A stretch of DNA of 64,000 nt from positions 80,538,001-80,602,000 of the forward strand of contig CM059429.1 in assembly GCA_030390025.1 (NCBI GenBank). The letters are read 5' to 3'. Numbering within the stretch: position 1 is the stretch's first letter; each line of letters begins with the position of its first letter. This DNA is from Squalus acanthias. Its lineage: Eukaryota. Under the pieces are notes generated by a model, which was not told where the DNA came from, searched no databases, and saw nothing but the letters and a program-made list of their open reading frames with translations. This document shows positions 49,208-61,800 of the stretch, in pieces. A program made the translations under genes and the position numbers.

Positions 49208-51779
49208 GGGAGCAGGGGGGCTGGATTGCGGTCGGGAAACCTGGTAGAGCGGGTTGCCCTCAGGCCCTGCCAAATTTAACGGCAGGGCCTGATTAACATT
49301 TTTTTATCTCTGTTTCCTGCCTGCAGCCAGACAGATTGAGAGGCTGGCTGGCAGTCGGGCGGGTAGGCCTGCGGCACCAGGCCGCAACCAGGGAGCAGAG
49401 AGGAGGGAGGGAGGAATTGGAGGTCGGGGGTCGGGGGGTGGGGTCGGTCGGGGGCTGGGGGGTTGGAGATTGGGGGGTGGTCAGAAGGCTGGGATCAGAG
49501 AGGGTCAGAAGGCCAAAGATCTGGGGGGGAGCAGGGGTCAGAGATTGGATGGCCTGAGATCGGAGACCAGTGGGGGGGGTGGGGGGGTGGAGGATGAGGG
49601 CCGGGGATTGGAGGTCTCATGATGTGGGGGGGGGTGGGGGGGTGAGATCGTAAGCCTCGGGTCGGTGTGGGGGGAGATCGGAGGCCTTGTGGGAGAGGTC
49701 GGGGGGGGGATTGGAAGGGTCGGGTCGGTGTGGGGGAGATCAGAGGCCTTGTTGGAGAGGTCGGGGGGGGGATTGGAAGGGTCGGGTCGGTGTGGGGGGA
49801 GATCGGAGGCCTTGTGGGAGAGGTCGGGGGGGGATCGGAAGGGTCGAGGGGTGTGGGGGGAGATCGGAGGTCTTGTGGGAGAGGTCGGGGGGGGGGATCG
49901 GAAGGGTCGAGGGGTGTGGGGGGAGATCAGAGGCCTTGTTGGAGAGGTCGGGGGGGGGATTGGAATGGTCGGGTCGGTGTGGGGGGAGATCGGAGGCCTT
50001 GTGGGAGAGGTCAGGGGGGGATCGGAAGGGTCGGGGGGGTGTGGGGGAGATCAGAGGCCTTGTTGGAGAGGTCGGGGGGGGATTGGAAGGGTCGGGTCGG
50101 TGTGGGGGGAGATCGGAGGCCTTGTGGGAGAGGTCAGGGGGGATCGGAAGGGTCGAGGGGTGTGGGGGGAGATCAGAGGTCTTGTGGGAGAGGTCGGGGG
50201 AGGGAGATCGGAAGGGTCGGGGGGTGTGGGGGAGATCGGAGGCCTTGTGGGAGAGGTCGGGGGGGGGGGGATCGGAAGGGTCGAGGGGTGTGGGGGGAGA
50301 TCGGAGGTCTTGTGGGAGAGGTCGGGGAGGATCGGAAGGGTCAGGGTGGAGGTCAGGGAGGGAGATCGGAAGGGTCGGGGGGTGTGGGGGGAGATTGGAG
50401 GTCTTGTGGGAGAGGTCGGGGGGGGGATCGGAAGGGTCGGGGGGTGTGGGGGGAGATCGGAGGCCTTGTGGGAGAGGTCGCGGGGGAGGGATCGGAAGGG
50501 TCGGGGGGTGTGGGGGGAGATCGGAGGCCTTGTGGGAGAGGTCGCGGGGGGGGGATCGGAAGGGTCGGGGTGGGGGGAGATCGGAGGCCTTGTGGGAGAG
50601 GTCGGGGGGGGATCGGAAGGGTCAGGGGGTGTGGGGGGAGATCGCTGGCCTTGTGGGAGAGGTTGGGGGGGGGATCGGAAGGGTCAGGGTGGAGGTCAGG
50701 GAGGGAGATCGGAAGGGTCGGGGGGTGTGGGGGGAGATCGGAAGGGTCGGGGTGGGGTGAGATCGGAGGCCTTGAGGGAGAGGTCGCGGGGGGGGGGGAT
50801 CGGAAGGGTCGGGGGTGTGGGGGAGATCGGAGGCCTTGTGGGAGAGGTCGGGGGAGGATCGGAAGGGTCGGGGGGGTGTGGGGGGAGATCAGAGGCCTTG
50901 TGGGAGAGGTCGGGGGGGGGGATCGGAAGGGTCGGGGTGGGGGGAGATCGGAGGCCTTGTGGGAGAGGTCAGGGGGGGGGGATCGGAAGGGTCGGGGTGG
51001 GGGGGAGATCGGAGGCCTTGTGGAGAGGTCGGGGGAGGATCGGAAGGGTCGGGGGGGTGTGGGGGAGATCAGAGGCCTTGTGGGAGAGGTCGGGGGGGGG
51101 GGATCGGAAGGGTCGGGGTGGGGGGGAGATCGGAGGCCTTGTGGGAGAGGTCAGGGGAGGATCGGAAGGGTCGGGGGGGTGTGGGGGGGAGATCAGAGGC
51201 CTTGTGGGAGAGGTCGGGGGGGGGGATCGGAAGGGTCGGGGTGGGGGGAGATCGGAGGCCTTGTGGGAGAGGTCGGGGGGGGGGAATCGGAAGGGTCGGG
51301 GTGGGGGGAGATCGGAGGCCTTGTGGGAGAGGTCAGGGGGGGGGATCGGAAGGGTCGGGGGTGTGGGGGGAGATCGGATGTCTTGTGGGAGAGGTCGTGG
51401 GGGGGGAATCGGAAGGGTTGTCCGATCACGAGGTTGGCGAGGCAGGTACGCTGGATCCAGCTGGTAAATGGAAAGGACCTTCCCTCCTGGATCCAGCGTC
51501 TTCGCCTCCCTTACGCTGCCCAGTTCCCCGAGGCCCGGGAAACCCGGCCACCCAGTGTTAAATTTAAAACGGTGCTTCCAAATGAGGCACGCAGCCTCTT
51601 TATAATATTTAAAGTGCCAGCCCGCCTCCTGGCAGTGAACCGACTGCCCCCCGTTCCGCCTCTGTTAAAACCAGAAGTGGGCAGTTTGGAGGCGGGTTGG
51701 GGTCAGGATTCAGATTTTTAACACTTTAACCTCCCACCCCATCCAAACCTGCTGTTTTTTGGTGTTAAAATTCCCCCCA
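49208..51779. mobile_element. Non-autonomous DNA-transposon-like insertion with an internal G-rich minisatellite
   Basis: Splits the CR1; right end GTTAAAATTCCCCC resembles the TIR of the MITE at 60286-60445; left TIR not recognisable. Confidence 0.5.
49640..51420 (+). repeat. G-rich minisatellite, unit about 60 bp (GAGATCGGAGGCCTTGTGGGAGAGGTCGnATCGGAAGGGTCGnTGTGn)
   Basis: About 30 tandem units with variable G runs. Confidence 0.95.
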
Positions 51780-52675
51780 TAGAAGCTATTTCCTTTGGTG
51801 GGGGAATCTAGAACAAGGGGCACAATCTTAAAATTAGAGCTGGGTCGTTCAGGGGTGAAATCAGGAAGCACTTTTTCATACAAAGGGTGGTGGAAATCTG
51901 GAACTCACCCCCGCAAAAGGCTGTGGATATTGGGTCAATTGAAATTTTCAAGACTGAGATCGATAGATTTTTATTAGGTGGGAGGTTAAAGTGTTAAAAA
52001 TCTGAATCCTGACCCCAACCCGACATGGGTCAAAGGTGGTAAATGGAGCAACGAGAGAGATGGGCATGGAGTTGAGAGGCAAAGACGCTTTCAAGGACCT
52101 TAGAGCAGAATTGGAGGTTGGAAGGATTGAGGGTGAGTTTTTCGAACAGTGGCTGATATTGGCAGTTTTGAAGGGAAGACAGACATTGCCTGAGGAGAGC
52201 AAAGGATTGACAATGTCAACTAATATGGAGACCAGGATGAGGAGTTGGGTGCTCAGGAATTGAGTGAGAAGGGGACTGAAGTACAGGATGTGGGTGTCAT
52301 CGATAAGATGGGTTTGGAGAGGGCAGCGATGTAGATGGGGGGGGTGGAGGGTGAAGGGATGGGAGTTCTGGGCTAGAGTTGGTGGGAGTCTGGGGCCTGG
52401 GGGAAAGGGGAGGGGGAGGACCCAATTGAAGCAGCAACACAGGTAATCTCAATCCTGGGGACAAAGATATTCACAGGCTCTTTGCACTTGGTGTTTGATG
52501 CAAGGGTAGAGGGGGCAAGGAAGAAGGGTTGGTCATAGAAATTAAGGAGGCTGGTAATCTCCTTGCCCTCCCAGATAATCGTGGAATAATGAAAGGGTAT
52601 TAGCTACAGAGAGTAAAGTGCAATAGTACTCGACCTGGCAGTGGGTAGATAGGCCAGATGTGCATCAGACACACA

Positions 52676-53455
52676 AAAAGACTTGCATTTATATAGCGCC
52701 TTTCACGACATCAGGACGTCCCAAAGTGCTTTACAACCATTGAAGTACTTTTTGAAGTGTAGTCACTGTTGTAATGTAGGAAATACGGCAGCCAATTTGT
52801 GCACAGCAAGCTCTCACAGACAGCAATGTGATAATGACCAGGTCATCTGTTTTAGTGACGTTGACTGAGGGATAAATATTGGCCAGGACACCGGGGATAA
52901 CTCCCCTGCTCTTCTTCAATATAGTGCCATGGGACATTTTATGTCCACCTGAGAGGGTAGACAGGGCCTCGGTTTAACATCTCATCCGAAAGACGGCACC
53001 TCCGACAGTGCAGCACTCTCTCAGTACCGCACTAGTCAGCCTAGATTCTTGTGCTCAAATCTCTGGAGTGGGACTTGAACCCACAACCTGAAGTGTAGTC
53101 ACTGTTGTAATGTAGGAAACATGGCAGCCAATTTGCAGACAGCAAGATCCCACAAACAGCAATGTGATAATGACCAGATAATGTTTTAATGATGTTGATT
53201 GAGGGATAAATATTGGCCAGGACGCCAGGGAGAACTCAAAATAGTGCCATGGAATCTTTTACGTCCACCTGAGAGGGCAGACGGGGGCCTCGGTTTAACA
53301 TCTCATCCAAAAGACAGCACCTCCAACGCTCCCTCAGTATCACTGCGTTGGAGTGTCAGCCTAGATTTTTGTGCTCAAGTCTCTGGAGTGGGACTATGAA
53401 CCCACAACCTTCTGACTCAGAGGCGAGAGTGCTACCCACTGAGCCACAGCTGACA
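52676..53455 (-). mobile_element. Two head-to-tail DeuSINE copies (junction at about 53090)
   Basis: Reverse complement of the 32177 SINE, twice. Confidence 0.88.
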
Positions 53456-53528
53456 GAAAAGTTTACACACACGTTTACACCCCTCAGAATTGAGGAAGCA
53501 AGGATAGGAGCTGTACTAGGGCAATGGT

Positions 53529-54972
53529 GAAACATAGAAACATAGAAAATAGGTGCAGGAGTAGACCATTTGGTCCTTTGAGCCTGCACCGCCATTTAAT
53601 GCATTCATGGCTGAACATGCTACCTCAGTACCCCATTCCTGCTTTCTCGCCATACCCCTTGATCCCCCTAGTTGTGAGTATTATATCTAACTCCCTTTTG
53701 AATATATTTAGCGAACTGGCCTCAACAACCTTCTGTGGTAAAGAATTCCACAGATTCACCACTCTCTGGGTGAAGAAGTTCCTCCTCATCTCAGTCTTAA
53801 ATGGCTTCCCCTTTATCCTTAGACTGTGACCCCTGGTTTTAGTTTTCCCTAACATTGGAAACATTCTGCCCGCATCTAATTTGTCTAAACCAGTCAGGAT
53901 TTTAAACGTCTCTATAAGATCCCCCCTCATTCTTCTGAACTCCAGAGGATACAAGTTCAGTTGATCCAGTCTTTCTTGATATGTCAGTCTGGCCATCCCA
54001 GGAATCAATCTAGTGAACCTTCGTTGCACTCCCTCAATAGCAAGAATGTCCTTCCTCAAGTTAGGAGACCAAAACTGCACACAATACTCCAGGTGTGGCC
54101 TCACCAAGGCCCTGTACAACTGTAGCATCACCTCCCTACTCCTGTACTCAAATCCCCTTGCTATGAAGGCCATCATGCCATTTGCTTTCTTGACTGCCTG
54201 CTGCACTTGCCTTCCCACCTTCAGTGACTGATGTACCATGACGCCCAGGTCTCGTTGCACCTCCCCTTTCCCTAATCTGCCACCATTCAGGTAATAGTCC
54301 GCCTCCCTATTTTTACCACCAAAGTGGATAACCTCACATTTATCCACATTGTACTTCATCTGCCATACATTTGCCCATTCACCCAACCTGTCCAAGTCAC
54401 TCTGTAGCCTCCTAGCATCCTCCTGATTGTTCACACTGCCTCCCAATTTAGTGTCATCCGCAAATTTGGAGATATTACAATTAATCCCTTCGTCCAAATC
54501 ATTAATATATAATGTAAACAGCTGGGGCCCCAGCACCGAACCCTGCGGTACCCCGCTGGTCACTGCCTGCCATTCTGAAAAGTACCCATTTACTCCTACT
54601 CTTTGTTTCCTGTGTGCCAACCAGTTCTCAATCCACGTCAACACATTACCCCCAATCCCATGTGCTTTAACTTTGCACACCAATCTCTTGTGTGGGACCT
54701 TGTCGAAGGCCTTCTGAAAGTCCAAATACACCACATCTACTGGTTTCCTCCCGTCCACCCTATTGGAAACATCCTCAAAAAATTCCAGAAGATTTGTCAA
54801 GCATGATTTCCCTTTCACAAATCCATGCTGACTTGGACCTATCATGTCGCCACTTTCCAAATGGTCTGTTATGACATCTTTAATAATTGATTCCATCATT
54901 TTACCCACCACCGATGTCAGGCTGACCGGTCTATAATTCCCTGCTTTCTCCCTCCCTCCTTTGTTAAAAAGA
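53529..54972 (-). mobile_element. Young 5'-truncated CR1 with an uninterrupted RT reading frame of about 445 codons
   Basis: ORF 53625-54983 has no stops ([27 protein letters not shown]); tail (TTTCTATG)n. Confidence 0.95.
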
Positions 54973-55810
54973 GTGAGAAACACTTATAGTTGTGTTGGGA
55001 ACAAGGATATCAGAGAGGTGAGAGCACAGTTAACAAAGGTGGAGGCGTCATTGAGACTGGAGGGCTAGAGGTGGGGGATTTGGGAATTTGAGAACACGGC
55101 TCTAAGGGTCCTGGGAGGGAGAGCTTATACCCTGGACTTCGGTGACAGTAGTGGGGTTGTAGCAGGGTAGGGGTTGAGGATGGTTCGGGAGACAAGGAAG
55201 TGGTCAGAGGTAGCATTTTCCGAGATTGGGACCATGGGTGCAGTGCGGCCATGGGAGGTGTCCGAGGATAATGGTTAGGGAAGTTTATATGAAGGGTAAG
55301 ATTAAGAGAGGACAGTGGGGTGGTGAATTCAGAGGAGAGGGGGCTTGGGGAAATTGAGGTGAAGATTGAACTCACCGAGGATGGGGAGTTGCTCAGTGCG
55401 GAGGTTCAGAAAGGGGGGGGACACCTCGGGGATGGGGCTTGGGAGGGCAGTAAGTGGTGAGGATTTTAAATGAAAGGTGTGAGGGACAGAAGAGGATGAG
55501 GTGCTCAAAATAGATGGTACCTGTTCTGATTTTTGGTCTGCTGCAGGTACTTTCTAGGATTCAGTGGTGTCAGTCGCTGCCTTAAGTGGCCTGGCTGTCT
55601 GCTTTTTACAGTGGCTGACTCCCACTGTCCTGTATCTGCTAGAGTGGTAGTAGGACCCCAGAGTGGAGCAATGATACTTATCTGAATCCGGTTCACCATG
55701 TCCAAAACACATGTCTGCGCTCCTCCAATTCTGCCCTCTTCTGCATCTTTTGCCTAACTTCTTTTGCCGCACCATTGGCGGCTGTGGTTTCAGCTGCCTG
55801 GGCCCTAAGC

Positions 55811-56552
55811 ACTAGATTGGGAAATGGGGAAGTGCAACGAGACCTGGGTGTCCTTGTGCACCAGTCGCTGAAGGTAAGCATGCAGGTGCAGCAGGCGGTT
55901 AAGAAGGCAAATGGTACGTTGGCCTTCGTAGCAAGAGGATTCGAGTACAGGAGCAAGGATGTCTTGCTGCAGTTGTACAAGGCCTTGGTGAGACCACACC
56001 TTGAGTATTGTGTGCAGTTTTGGTCGCCTTATCTGAGGAAGGATGTTCTTGCCATGGAGGGAGTGCAGCGAAGATTCACCAGACTGATACCTGGGATGGC
56101 AGGAATGGCGTATGAAGAGAGATTGGGACGATTGGGCTTGTATTCGCTAGAGTTTAGAAGAATGAGAGGGGATCTCATTGAAACTTATAAAATTCTAACA
56201 GGACTAGACAGACTAGATGCAGGAAGGATGTTCCCGATGGCGGGGGAGTCCAGGACCAGGGGTCACAGTCTAAGGATAAGGGGTAAGCCATTTAGGACTG
56301 AGATGAGGAGGAATTTCTTCACCCAGAGAGTGGTGAACCTGTGGAATTCTCTACCACAGAAGGCAGTTGAGGCCAATTCATTAAATATATTCAAGAAGGA
56401 GTTAGATATATTTCTTAAGGCTAAAGGGACCAAGGGATATGGGGAGAAAGCAGGGACAGAGTACTGAATTTGGATGATCAGCCATGATCTCATTAAATGG
56501 CGGAGCAGGCTAGAGGGGCCGAATGGCCTACTCCTGCTCCTATCTTCTATGT
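55811..56552 (+). mobile_element. Young CR1 3' fragment inserted into an L2 3' end
   Basis: Near-identical to 3992-4740; flanked by TAAGC at 55806-55810 and 56553-56557; the L2 sequence resumes afterwards. Confidence 0.92.
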
Positions 56553-56820
56553 TAAGCTCTGGAAATCCCTCCCTAAACCTCTCCGCCTCTCTCTCCTACT
56601 TTAAGACGCTTCTTAATACCTACCTCTTTGACTGAGCTTTTGGCCACCTGTCCTAATATCTCCTTATGTGGCTCGGTGTCAAATTCTGTGTGATTACGCT
56701 CCTGTGAAGCACCTTGGGACATTTTACTACGTTAAAGGCACTGTATAAATAGAAGTTGTTGTTGAAGGTGGGCCGAGTTAACACTAGGTGAGGCGTTGCT
56801 TGGTTCGATTGGTAAAATGC

Positions 56821-56826
56821 TTTATT
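56821..56826 (-). terminator. Candidate D2HGDH polyadenylation signal (3'UTR about 1.8 kb)
   Basis: First minus-strand AATAAA I found downstream of the stop codon; it ends an AU-rich unique stretch just before repeats resume. Confidence 0.55.
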
Positions 56827-57319
56827 CCACAGTAGGTAAAACATACAGAACATGGAGTATAACTAAAGTCACTTGGTACAAACAGTTCAACGTCTGTTCG
56901 TGTATTATTACAAAAATAAAGACCATACTTACACCAGCCCACTTGAGGGATTCGTACTTAATGTAGAAAGGTGGATTAATTCCACAATCTGACCGACCGA
57001 CAGTGCAGAGGTTATTTCTCCCCCAGAGCCTCTCTGCTGCCTCATCCACTTTCGCAGCCGTTCTGCTGATTTACAGAACTAAGAGAGTCGCTTTTAACTC
57101 CCAGTGGGAGCGGAGGATAACCCCGCGTGGGAGTGAGTCGCAGCCTCGGCACTTTTTAACTCCTGGCCTGTTATGAATGCCGCTGGTTAGCTGTCGGCCG
57201 TTTCCAGTAGAAAGTAGTAGCTGGCTGGTGGGGGAGGACACCAGCATCAGAAGGCGGCTGCATGCAACAAGGTCAGTCCAGAAAGGCAGCGTTGCAACAA
57301 ACTAGCAGCTTGGGGGAAG

Positions 57320-58250
57320 GGCAGAACCCGGGGCAGCAGAGGTCCGGGGAGGGGAGCCCAGGGGCAGAGATCCGGGGAGGGGAGCCCGGGGGCAGCAGAG
57401 GTCCAGGGAGCAGAGCCCAGGTCCAGGGAGGGGAGCCCAGGGGCAGCAGAGGTCCAGGGAGCGGAGCCCGGGTCCAGGGAGGGGAGCCCAGGGGCAGCAG
57501 AGGTCCAGGGAGCGGAGCCCGGGGGCAGCAGAGGTCCAGGGAGCGGAGCCCGGGGGCAGCAGAGGTCCAGGGAGCAGAGCCCGGGGGCAGAGATCCGGGG
57601 AGGGGAGCCCGGGGCAGCAGAGGTCCGGGGAGCGGAGCCCGGGGGCAGAGATCCGGGGAGCGGAGCCCGGGGGCAGCAGAGGTCCGGGGAGGGGAGCCCG
57701 GGGGCAGCAGAGGTCCAGGGAGAGGAGCCCGGGGGCAGAGATCCGGGGAGGGGAGCCAGGGGCAGCAGAGGTCCAGGGAGAGGAGCCCGGGGGCAGCAGA
57801 GGTCCGGGGAGGGGAGCCAGGGGCAGAGGTCCGGGGAGGGGAGCCCGGGGCAGTAGAGGTCCGGGGAGAGGAGCCCGGGTCCAGGGAGGGGAGCCCAGGG
57901 GCAGCAGAGGTCCAGGGAGCGGAGCCCGGGGGCAGCAGAGGTCCGGGGAGGGGAGCCCGGGGGCAGCAGAGGTCCAGGGAGGGGAGCCTGGGGGCAGCAG
58001 AGGTCCAGGGAGCTGAGCCCGGGGGCAGCAGAGGTCCGGGGAGGGGAGCCCGGGGGCAGCAGAGGTCCGGGGAGGGGAGCCCGGGGGCAGCAGAGGTCCA
58101 GGGAGGGGAGCCCGGGGCAGCAGAGTTCCGGGGAGGGGAGCCCGGGGGCAGCAGAGGTCCGGGGAGGGGAGCCCGGGGCAGCAGAGGTCCGGGGAGGGGA
58201 GCCCGGGGCAGCAGAGGTCTGGGGAGCAGAGCCCGGGGGCAGCAGAGGTC
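57320..58250. repeat. GC-rich minisatellite, unit about 30 bp (GGGGCAGCAGAGGTCC(A/G)GGGAG(G/C)GGAGCCC)
   Basis: About 30 tandem units; lies between the D2HGDH stop codon and its candidate polyA signal. Confidence 0.95.
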
Positions 58251-58576
58251 ATAGAGTTATACCCACGCCGGCCATCGAGCCCTATCTATTCTAATCCCAT
58301 TTTCCAGCACTTGGTCCATAGCCTTGTATGCTATGGAAATGCCACAAAGAGGATGCTCTTGTGAGCTTATTGAGGGAAACTGCTGCAGTGGAGGGAGCTT
58401 TACTCTGCATCTAACAGTGCTGCACTCGATCCGGAAGCATTTGATGCTGATACTGGGTGTCTGAAAAGGTAAGAGTTTTGCTCACCAGCATCAATATTCT
58501 CCACCTTGATGAGCATAAAATTAGCAAAAATAAAAATGTTAAAAATTGCAGGCAGGACTCTGCTCTCATGGTGATT

Positions 58577-58839
58577 TCACTGGCTGAAGGATGGCAGGGT
58601 TTTATAGGGATTTAAAATTCCCTTTGGATCCAGAATCGCTTTCATCTGCTGCATAATCTGCACCGCTGCTCTGGGCTTACTGAAATGAATGAAGTCTTTC
58701 TTCTTAAAGCCCAGGCCGTGCTCAGCACTGATACTTCCGCAACGCTGCGCAGTCCATTCGTACAAATAGGGCTCGATGGAGTCTAGCAGCTGCTGGTCGT
58801 ATGCTGGAGATACAATGTTCAAATGCAAGTTTCCATCAC
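58577..58839 (-). CDS. D2HGDH: D2HGDH last coding exon (GDGNLHLN...[11 protein letters not shown])
   Basis: Acceptor ttcttcttag; TGA at 58579-58577. Confidence 0.95.
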
Positions 58840-61800
58840 CTAAGAAGAATAAAGAAATAATTAAGATATTTAAATGCAGATGGCATCGCCCCTCGCCTTT
58901 ATATACACACTCGGCTGAGCCGCCACTTCCCATCGGAACTGCCCCACCAGCATGAGTCAGCATCTTCAGGAGAGGATGGCAAAAAAACAGGAATGGGAAC
59001 AAAAAATAAAATAAAAGTGAATCTGAGAGAAATAACGCACTGAAACACTGACCCTCCAGGACCCACCCTCCCGTCTCTAATAAGCAGCACAACAGCGAAT
59101 CTCACCAAGATGCCCGTAGCCAACGACACGCTTCGCCCTCACCCCCAGTCTGCTCTTCATGTCGATGACAATCTCGTAGATACTCTCCAGCGGTAGCGAG
59201 ATGTCGTATTTGTACACAAAGCCGTCATGGACCAGTGCTTCGGTGATGCGTTCCCGCAGAGCCCAGAGCGCCTTCAGGAAAAGAACATCAAACCCATTAG
59301 AATACACAGAATCCCTGGCGTAGGAACACGTCCTCCTCAATCCCCCAAAACATATCACGACGGACTGATCCAGACGTCACGTCTCCGGTTAGGGTTTAGC
59401 TGTGTGATGAATGCTTTCTCCACGATGTGCTTTGCAATGGCACAGACACGATGGGTCGAATGGCATCCTTCTGTGCTGTAAACGTCTATGGACCGAGCAC
59501 CAACTCGAGCCTCAAGTCACTGACTGACTCATAGGCCCCGTGGGCAGGTTTAGTTGCTCGAGCAATTTACAGATCAGACAAAGAGAAGAGCTTCGATATA
59601 CACGCAGACGACAGTGAGGCCTCAGACCCACATTAATGGGTTCGATATGCAGGCAGACTTACGGGAAAGGGCTCCTTATAGAGACTGGGAAAATTCCCTT
59701 CAGAGTGGAACTTGGCACGAAGCAAGCGCTTCCCCTTGTTTGCACTCACCTGCCCACTTACTCCCGATATTTCAGGATGTGAGTAACCATTTGGAACGAG
59801 GTCGACTGAGGGAGCATTCACACCAGCCTCAGAGCTCACACTCATTCAAAAGTCCCACTGATGTGTGTGCTGGGAATGCTGGCTGTGTATTCAAATGCCA
59901 AGCCGTAGTGGACAGTACAGATAGATGGACCAACAACAGAAAACGCTGGAAAAACTCAGCAGGCCAGGCAACATCCGTGGAGAGAGAAACAGAGTTAACA
60001 TTTCAGGTCGAAACCCTTCGTCAGAACTGAGAAAAAAGCAGGAAATGAAACAGATAAAAAAGCAAGGGGGAGGCTGGGGGGAGGAATAAAAGAACAAAAG
60101 GGTTGGTCTATGGTAAGTAGAGACATTAAGAGATGCTCAAGGCAAGACTAGATGGTAATAGGACAGGTTAAGAAACAAAAGGTGGCTCAGAAGTGTGAAG
60201 TGTGAAATGCTGGCAGAATGAGAGACAGCTGCCGTGGGAGAGAGAGAGAGGAAAATGGACACTGACACAGATAGATGGACACTGTGGGGGCCCAATTGTA
60301 ACCTAACCCGTCTGTCAGGAAACTGATGGGATCAGTGGTTTTACTCCATTAAAGTCAAAGGAGAGTAAGATCGGATGGGGTGTAAATCGGGGGTCCGACC
60401 CCGACCGCCAGATTCCCACCCGGTGGGTTGGGTTAAAATTGCCCCGTCTTTCATGAGTTGCCTTTCTATACGGTCCAGGGCCAACCCATACGTGCATCTA
60501 TCAGTTTTGATTCAAGCCTGAAGTCCAACACATTGCAATGTTAGCATCTGTCTCATAATGTGGATCCTCACACAGCCCCAGGTTGTTGAAGTGCGTTTGT
60601 TGCTTGGTTATGTGGCAGCAACTAAAATCGTGTCCCAGGGACATGAGCGACAAAGTGCACTGTAATCAGCCACATTGCTCTCCAGCCCTACGTTTTCTGC
60701 AAATGACACTACAACCTCGTTATAATAAAGTGCGATTATCGCAAACCTTTCACTATGACGAGCTCGTTCAGAGGTCCAGTGTGCTACATTCAAAAGGAGT
60801 TCAAACCACAATAAGAACTGCTTTGGCCATTCCGCGTTTGTGCTAAGGTGTCCTCCTCCATCGGTTTGTAATCTGCACGATCTCAGGTAAACGAACCCTC
60901 TCATTTTTAGACACTCGGGCTCTGTTACAAACTGCTGCCATACCTGTGTATTCTGCTCATCTTGGTCATGGCTCATTTTTCCTGAGCGGCACAGAAAGAT
61001 AATCAGTGGAATGTCAAAGGATTTGTTACAGATTTGCACAGAGTCCCAGTGGTTAGGAGCAGGAGTAATACAGACATAAAACGTATAAAGGCACAAAGCA
61101 AGGGCTGGGACTCCAAACATTTCTTCCAATTCATTCCGACCATCTGAAATTCGACACAGAACACCACAAGCTGACAGATTGGACACATTGCTGCGTAGAG
61201 AAGCTGAAGGCAAATATTCTACAGCAAGAAAACATTCACTCCATGTTTTCCACATCAGATCCACAGTCTTTTCCCAGTTATTCCCCCATTTAAATGGGTT
61301 AGATATACAGTAAAGGGTTAACGATAGAGACAGGTGCACAGTAAAGGGTTAGAGATAGAGACAGGTGCACAGTAAAGGGTTAGAGATAGAGACAGGTGCA
61401 CAGTAAAGGGTTGGAGATAGAGACAGGTGCACAGTAAAGGGTTGGAGATAGAGACAGGTGCACAGTAAGGGGTTAGAGATAGAGACAGGTGCACAGTAAG
61501 GGTTGGAGATAGAGACAGGTGCACAGTAAAGGGTTGGAGATAGAGACAGGTGCACAGTAAAGGGTTGGAGATAGAGACAGGTGCACAGTAAAGCGTTGGC
61601 GATAGAGACAGGTGCACAGTAAAGGGTTAGAGATAGAGACAGGTGCATAGTAAGGGGTTAGAGATAGAGACAGGTGCACAGTAAGGTGTTGGCGATAGAG
61701 ACAGGTGCACAGTAAAGGGTTAGAGATAGAGACAGGTGCACAGTAAAGGGTTGGAGATAGAGACAGGTGCACAGTAAGGGGTTAGAGATAGAGACAGGTG

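Larger units (their letters stand above)
47760..51975 (+). mobile_element. Decayed CR1 ORF2, interrupted at about 49208-51779
   Basis: DWKIANVTPL..NYRPVNLTSVVGK..; resumes as VGESRTRG at about 51795. Confidence 0.85.

Noticed and set aside
49665-51721. 600-684 aa Gly/Arg-rich ORFs
   Set aside because: Translations of a minisatellite, open in several frames.
57262-58254. 330-aa and 316-aa ORFs resembling collagen or Pro-rich proteins
   Set aside because: 30-bp minisatellite open on both strands; no true Gly-X-Y register.
58840-59092. N-terminal part of the 171-aa ORF 58577-59092
   Set aside because: Intronic read-through; splice sites define the exon start at 58839.
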